NCBI GenBank assembly: GCA_965644265.1
Contig: OZ286476.1
Location: 8,370,001-8,434,000 of the forward strand
Reading direction: 5' to 3'
DNA length: 64,000 nucleotides
DNA from: Glycera tridactyla
Lineage: Eukaryota
Position numbers and translations under genes: made by a program. Position 1 is the stretch's first letter; the number at the start of each line of letters is the position of its first letter. Below the pieces are notes generated by a model that worked only from the letters and a program-made list of their open reading frames with translations, had not been told where the DNA came from and made no database searches. Below, piece by piece: positions 60,126 to 64,000 of the stretch.

Positions 60126-61768
60126 CCTTATTGAATCGTATCAAAGACCTGACTGTTTTTCTCAGTCGAGAATATGGTATATAGCTTTTTTGAAATACAA
60201 TCTTATGAAGTGTGATGTACACCATCTGATAATGATCACATGTCCTAGCAAGATGTTTGAAAGGACGTGATAAATATCTGGGAAGTTTAGATCTAACATC
60301 TTTCATCAGATCTACCAACAGGTCATTTCCTTCAGAGGGGCTCAAATATCTATCATTCATTACTGAATTGACTACACAATTTTCTCGATGAAGACCAAGA
60401 TGATCAATAAGCATTTGCATTGCTTTAGTGAAATAGTACTCTTCATTTCCCTCAGTTATATCCCAATCAGCAAGATCTAGTACTACTTCCATAAATGTCA
60501 TATACTGTGAAGTTAGAGCATCCAAACAAATTTGCTCTATGGCTGTGTACAGATGGTCAACTCCGGCATTTACTGCAACAACACAATCAGCAAAGAATTA
60601 CTCTATGACTTTCCGATCAAATGTGTGGGTACAGATATATTCTTTCAGTCTGATAAAAGTATATTGATCAAGCTACTCATCAAACAAGCTGGCCAAATTA
60701 TCATCTGCATATATATCATCATCATCAAAAAACTCAAACCCCTTTGTCACCAAAGATTTTTCCTGACATTTCAGTCTCCCCATCTGCTGAAATACGATTT
60801 GGACATTTGATCTTGCCAAGCTGAGCAAATTTTGATGCTCAATTCGGTCAGTCATGACCAATACCCAAACAACATGGCCATGGATAAGGAGAGCTGGATT
60901 GAAGCTCAAACGGACAGGCGGGTCCTCAAGCTGAAGTCTAGCCAACAGTAAACCTTGCACTCGACTACAAATTGTGTCTACATAATCTATACCATCTCTC
61001 ATTATAGGCATCACAGAAGCATCTTTCTGTAACATACGCTCAACTGGGTGTGAATTGATCACAGCCAAAGCACTTTGAACAAAACCCAGAGGGGAGCGAT
61101 CAAATTTTCCGAGACCCTGAGCAGTACACAACATCGAGTTGACAAGATTAAGTATGACGCCGTTGATCTCTCTTAAAGTGACAGAAGATACCAATTGACG
61201 TAATCTAGATGGTGTAATGTGAGGAAGATCGCTGTCGTCACTTGAAGATATATCTTCAAAACTAGGGATATTTCGCAGAAAGTCTCGTGTGGTCGCCGCT
61301 TCGTCTAGGGAAACCAGTCCAAAGCACTCTAGATTGCACAAGATGCAAATTTTATGAAACAGAAGAAAAGGAAATAATCCCTTTTAAATAATACTGATAT
61401 AAGCTCATATAGATAAAAAATCAAATATTTCAGATTATGTGTATTGCCTTCTCAATTCCTAAATGACAAGTAATATTTTCCATCATCATCTTTGAAGTGA
61501 AGATATTTCTTGAGCCTCATATCAATAGAGCACCTTTTCATATATTTCACTCACCAGAGAATTCGTCATTTGCACATGCTGATGCATTTCCATTCTCCTT
61601 TGATGCATCAGATGATGATCCACCCGAGGAAGGAGGATCAGAAGCGGTGGAAGCTCCTTCAGCAGAGGGGGGATCTGCTTCAGAAGAGGTAGCTCCTTCT
61701 GCATTCGAAATTTCATCTCCCAAGCCATTATCAGGAGGGACAGGCACTGCTCCATTGGTAGCATCCAT
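59968..61768 (-). CDS. Right-end spliced accessory gene: exon 61768-61555, exon from 61328; short form stops at 60673 (289 aa); frame continues to 59968
   Basis: Donor CTG|GTGAGT (61554, phase 1) joins acceptor AATCTAG (61329, phase 1) in frame; the 222-aa and 185-aa ORFs share one frame separated by TAG 60675-60673 and TAA 60600-60598. Confidence 0.55.
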
Positions 61769-62317
61769 AGTTAGTGCTGAAATAATATGAGTCCGGGATG
61801 TGTATCTCACAAAGATGTTCGCCAAAACTTGAAGACAGCAGATGATATACTCCCTCTCTGATATTACAGCGATGAAAATAAACATTCAGCAACCAAGACC
61901 AATGTCATGCACTGATAAAGAATGTCAAGAATTACATTCATATAACGGCTTCTCTGATTGGTCAAGAGAATAAACATTTTTTTATCATCATTTGCTATAT
62001 GTGGTACATTTCTTGTGAAAAGTCTCCCCAAGCTGACAAACATGGAGGAGGAAAGACAACATTGAAATACAATGAATGGAGGCAACTACGGCGAAGATAG
62101 TTTTAGCAGATAAAAATTTACAAAAGATTTCAGGCTAAAGCTCTTCCGTTTACATAACCCAGTGAACAAACATACGGACACCTGCCATCTTTCCGACAAA
62201 CAGCATACTCATCATAACAACTCCACACTATTCACCAATCAAAATATGTTGCATCATTCAAAATTTTGAGATCAGGCTATTTTCAATACAATCATAAACT
62301 TAATTTATGGCGATGAT

Positions 62318-62329
62318 AGTCACGTGACT
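62318..62329. promoter_or_regulatory. 12-bp palindromic E-box AGTCACGTGACT upstream of the right-end gene
   Basis: Perfect palindrome containing the USF/TFE-type GTCACGTGAC motif; function not shown. Confidence 0.35.
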
Positions 62330-63205
62330 TATTTCCACCTAAGGACAAGGTGAATGATGAACTTTCATTCAGTCAACCTCAGACATTGGAACAGTTTAGA
62401 TCACATCANNNNNNNNNNNNNNNNNNNNNNNNNNNNNNNNNNNNNNNNNNNNNNNNNNNNNNNNNNNNNNNNNNNNNNNNNNNNNNNNNNNNNNNNNNNN
62501 NNNNNNNNNNNNNNNNNNNNNNNNNNNNNNNNNNNNNNNNNNNNNNNNNNNNNNNNNNNNNNNNNNNNNNNNNNNNNNNNNNNNNNNNNNNNNNNNNNNN
62601 NNNNNNNNNNNNNNNNNNNNNNNNNNNNNNNNNNNNNNNNNNNNNNNNNNNNNNNNNNNNNNNNNNNNNNNNNNNNNNNNNNNNNNNNNNNNNNNNNNNN
62701 NNNNNNNNNNNNNNNNNNNNNNNNNNNNNNNNNNNNNNNNNNNNNNNNNNNNNNNNNNNNNNNNNNNNNNNNNNNNNNNNNNNNNNNNNNNNNNNNNNNN
62801 NNNNNNNNNNNNNNNNNNNNNNNNNNNNNNNNNNNNNNNNNNNNNNNNNNNNNNNNNNNNNNNNNNNNNNNNNNNNNNNNNNNNNNNNNNNNNNNNNNNN
62901 NNNNNNNNNNNNNNNNNNNNNNNNNNNNNNNNNNNNNNNNNNNNNNNNNNNNNNNNNNNNNNNNNNCCTCTTCACCTACATTCGGTATTTTTTTCAAGCT
63001 TGAAGGAAGGACAGAAAGGTGGTGATTACTCATACATGAATACATGCATTCACATCACCAACACCCAGTCAAACATCAACTTCCCTCCGCACATCTGCCG
63101 TCATGCACCATCCGACAGTAAATCAAACATCAGCTTCCCTCAGCAAACACAGGCCATTATTCTCCATCACCTGCCTACCATCTCACCCTCCCCTGAATCC
63201 AGGCC

Positions 63206-63346
63206 TACTTCCTCCGCCATCCGCCACTGATTCAACACCAAATAAAAAAATAAAATCCCGCCACCTGGTGGACAAATCTCGAACTATCCAGCAGCGATCA
63301 TAGCGGTCAAGCCATAAATCAAGCTATATCTGTACATAGTACTACT
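63206..63346 (-). repeat. Right terminal inverted repeat (141 bp)
   Basis: Exact reverse complement of 34056-34196. Confidence 0.97.
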
Positions 63347-63352
63347 CATGCG
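63347..63352 (+). other. Right 6-bp target-site duplication CATGCG
   Basis: Identical to 34050-34055. Confidence 0.95.
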
Positions 63353-64000
63353 GTCATCATACAGTTTATTCTGAACCTCGTTAATGGAGCTACATAAATT
63401 GGGGGAAGCACCTAGGTTGATGCTAGCTGACATATTTGTGGCACCTGTTCCTCCAAGAAATTGATTAGCAATACCCATCTGTCAAATTCAACTGCAGCTA
63501 CTCACGATGGATATTATCCCTCCTATATCTTCACAAATTTCACCCATTCCACCATTGTTTGTGATCGAAATAGTATAAAATAGAAGTGAACCCAGGTCTG
63601 TCTATTGCCTTGTCGCAACAAACGAACGCGCGGCATCGTTAGTTGGCCCTCTTACAATGATCATGACAGCATAATGCAATTCCCAGTGTCGGAGCCATCT
63701 CGTAAGCGTAATATAAGCACGGAAAAGGGCGTACAATACAACAACAACAACAACAATAACAATAAGCATAAGAAGTGCTTCGATCAAGTATACGCACTAA
63801 ATTCGTGTGTTTCTCCTCAAGTAATTTCAGGTATTTCTAATAAATTCTCATCGGGTCACTTACAAATATCAAACAATGTTCCTTGAACGATTATCGGCAT
63901 CGTAGCATTTGAGGAATGATCTACGAAAAATAGGCAGCACGAAGAACGGTGGATCGACAGTGAATGGGATGACACACAGCGGCATCATCATCTGCTTTGG

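Larger units (their letters stand above)
34056..63346. mobile_element. Complete Polinton/Maverick (endogenous polintovirus/adintovirus-like), ~29.3 kb including N-gaps
   Basis: Identical 141-bp TIRs with AGTAGT...ACTACT ends, 6-bp TSD, and open pPolB, ATPase, integrase, mCP, MCP and protease ORFs. Confidence 0.98.

Overview
AT-rich, microsatellite-rich animal genomic DNA (marine-invertebrate-like; host identity is inference) in two parts. (1) 1-34049 is a host repeat landscape: a 76-bp minisatellite, three degenerate copies of a roughly 9-13 kb segmental repeat plus an inverted partial copy, truncated LINE and Penelope-like fragments, hairpins and microsatellites. I can support no host gene here. 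(2) 34056-63346 is a complete, apparently young ~29.3 kb Polinton/Maverick (endogenous polintovirus/adintovirus-like element) with identical 141-bp TIRs starting AGTAGT and a perfect 6-bp TSD (CATGCG). Its core genes are uninterrupted: protein-primed PolB, A32-like ATPase, integrase with chromodomain, minor and major capsid proteins and adenain-like protease. The accessory genes are the unusual part. They include an intronless, divergent TBP homologue inside the virion/integrase cluster and a spliced left-end gene joining a PLDLS (E1A-type CtBP-binding) region to a PC4-like domain. There is also a spliced type I membrane glycoprotein, a probable splice adding a ~1,100-aa low-complexity leader to PolB, and a spliced right-end gene with an acidic activator-like tail. 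Together these suggest an endogenous virus with its own Pol II transcription-control kit and an adenovirus-like layout. Splice models come from in-frame GT-AG sites read by hand and need RNA confirmation. Five N-gaps lie inside the element.
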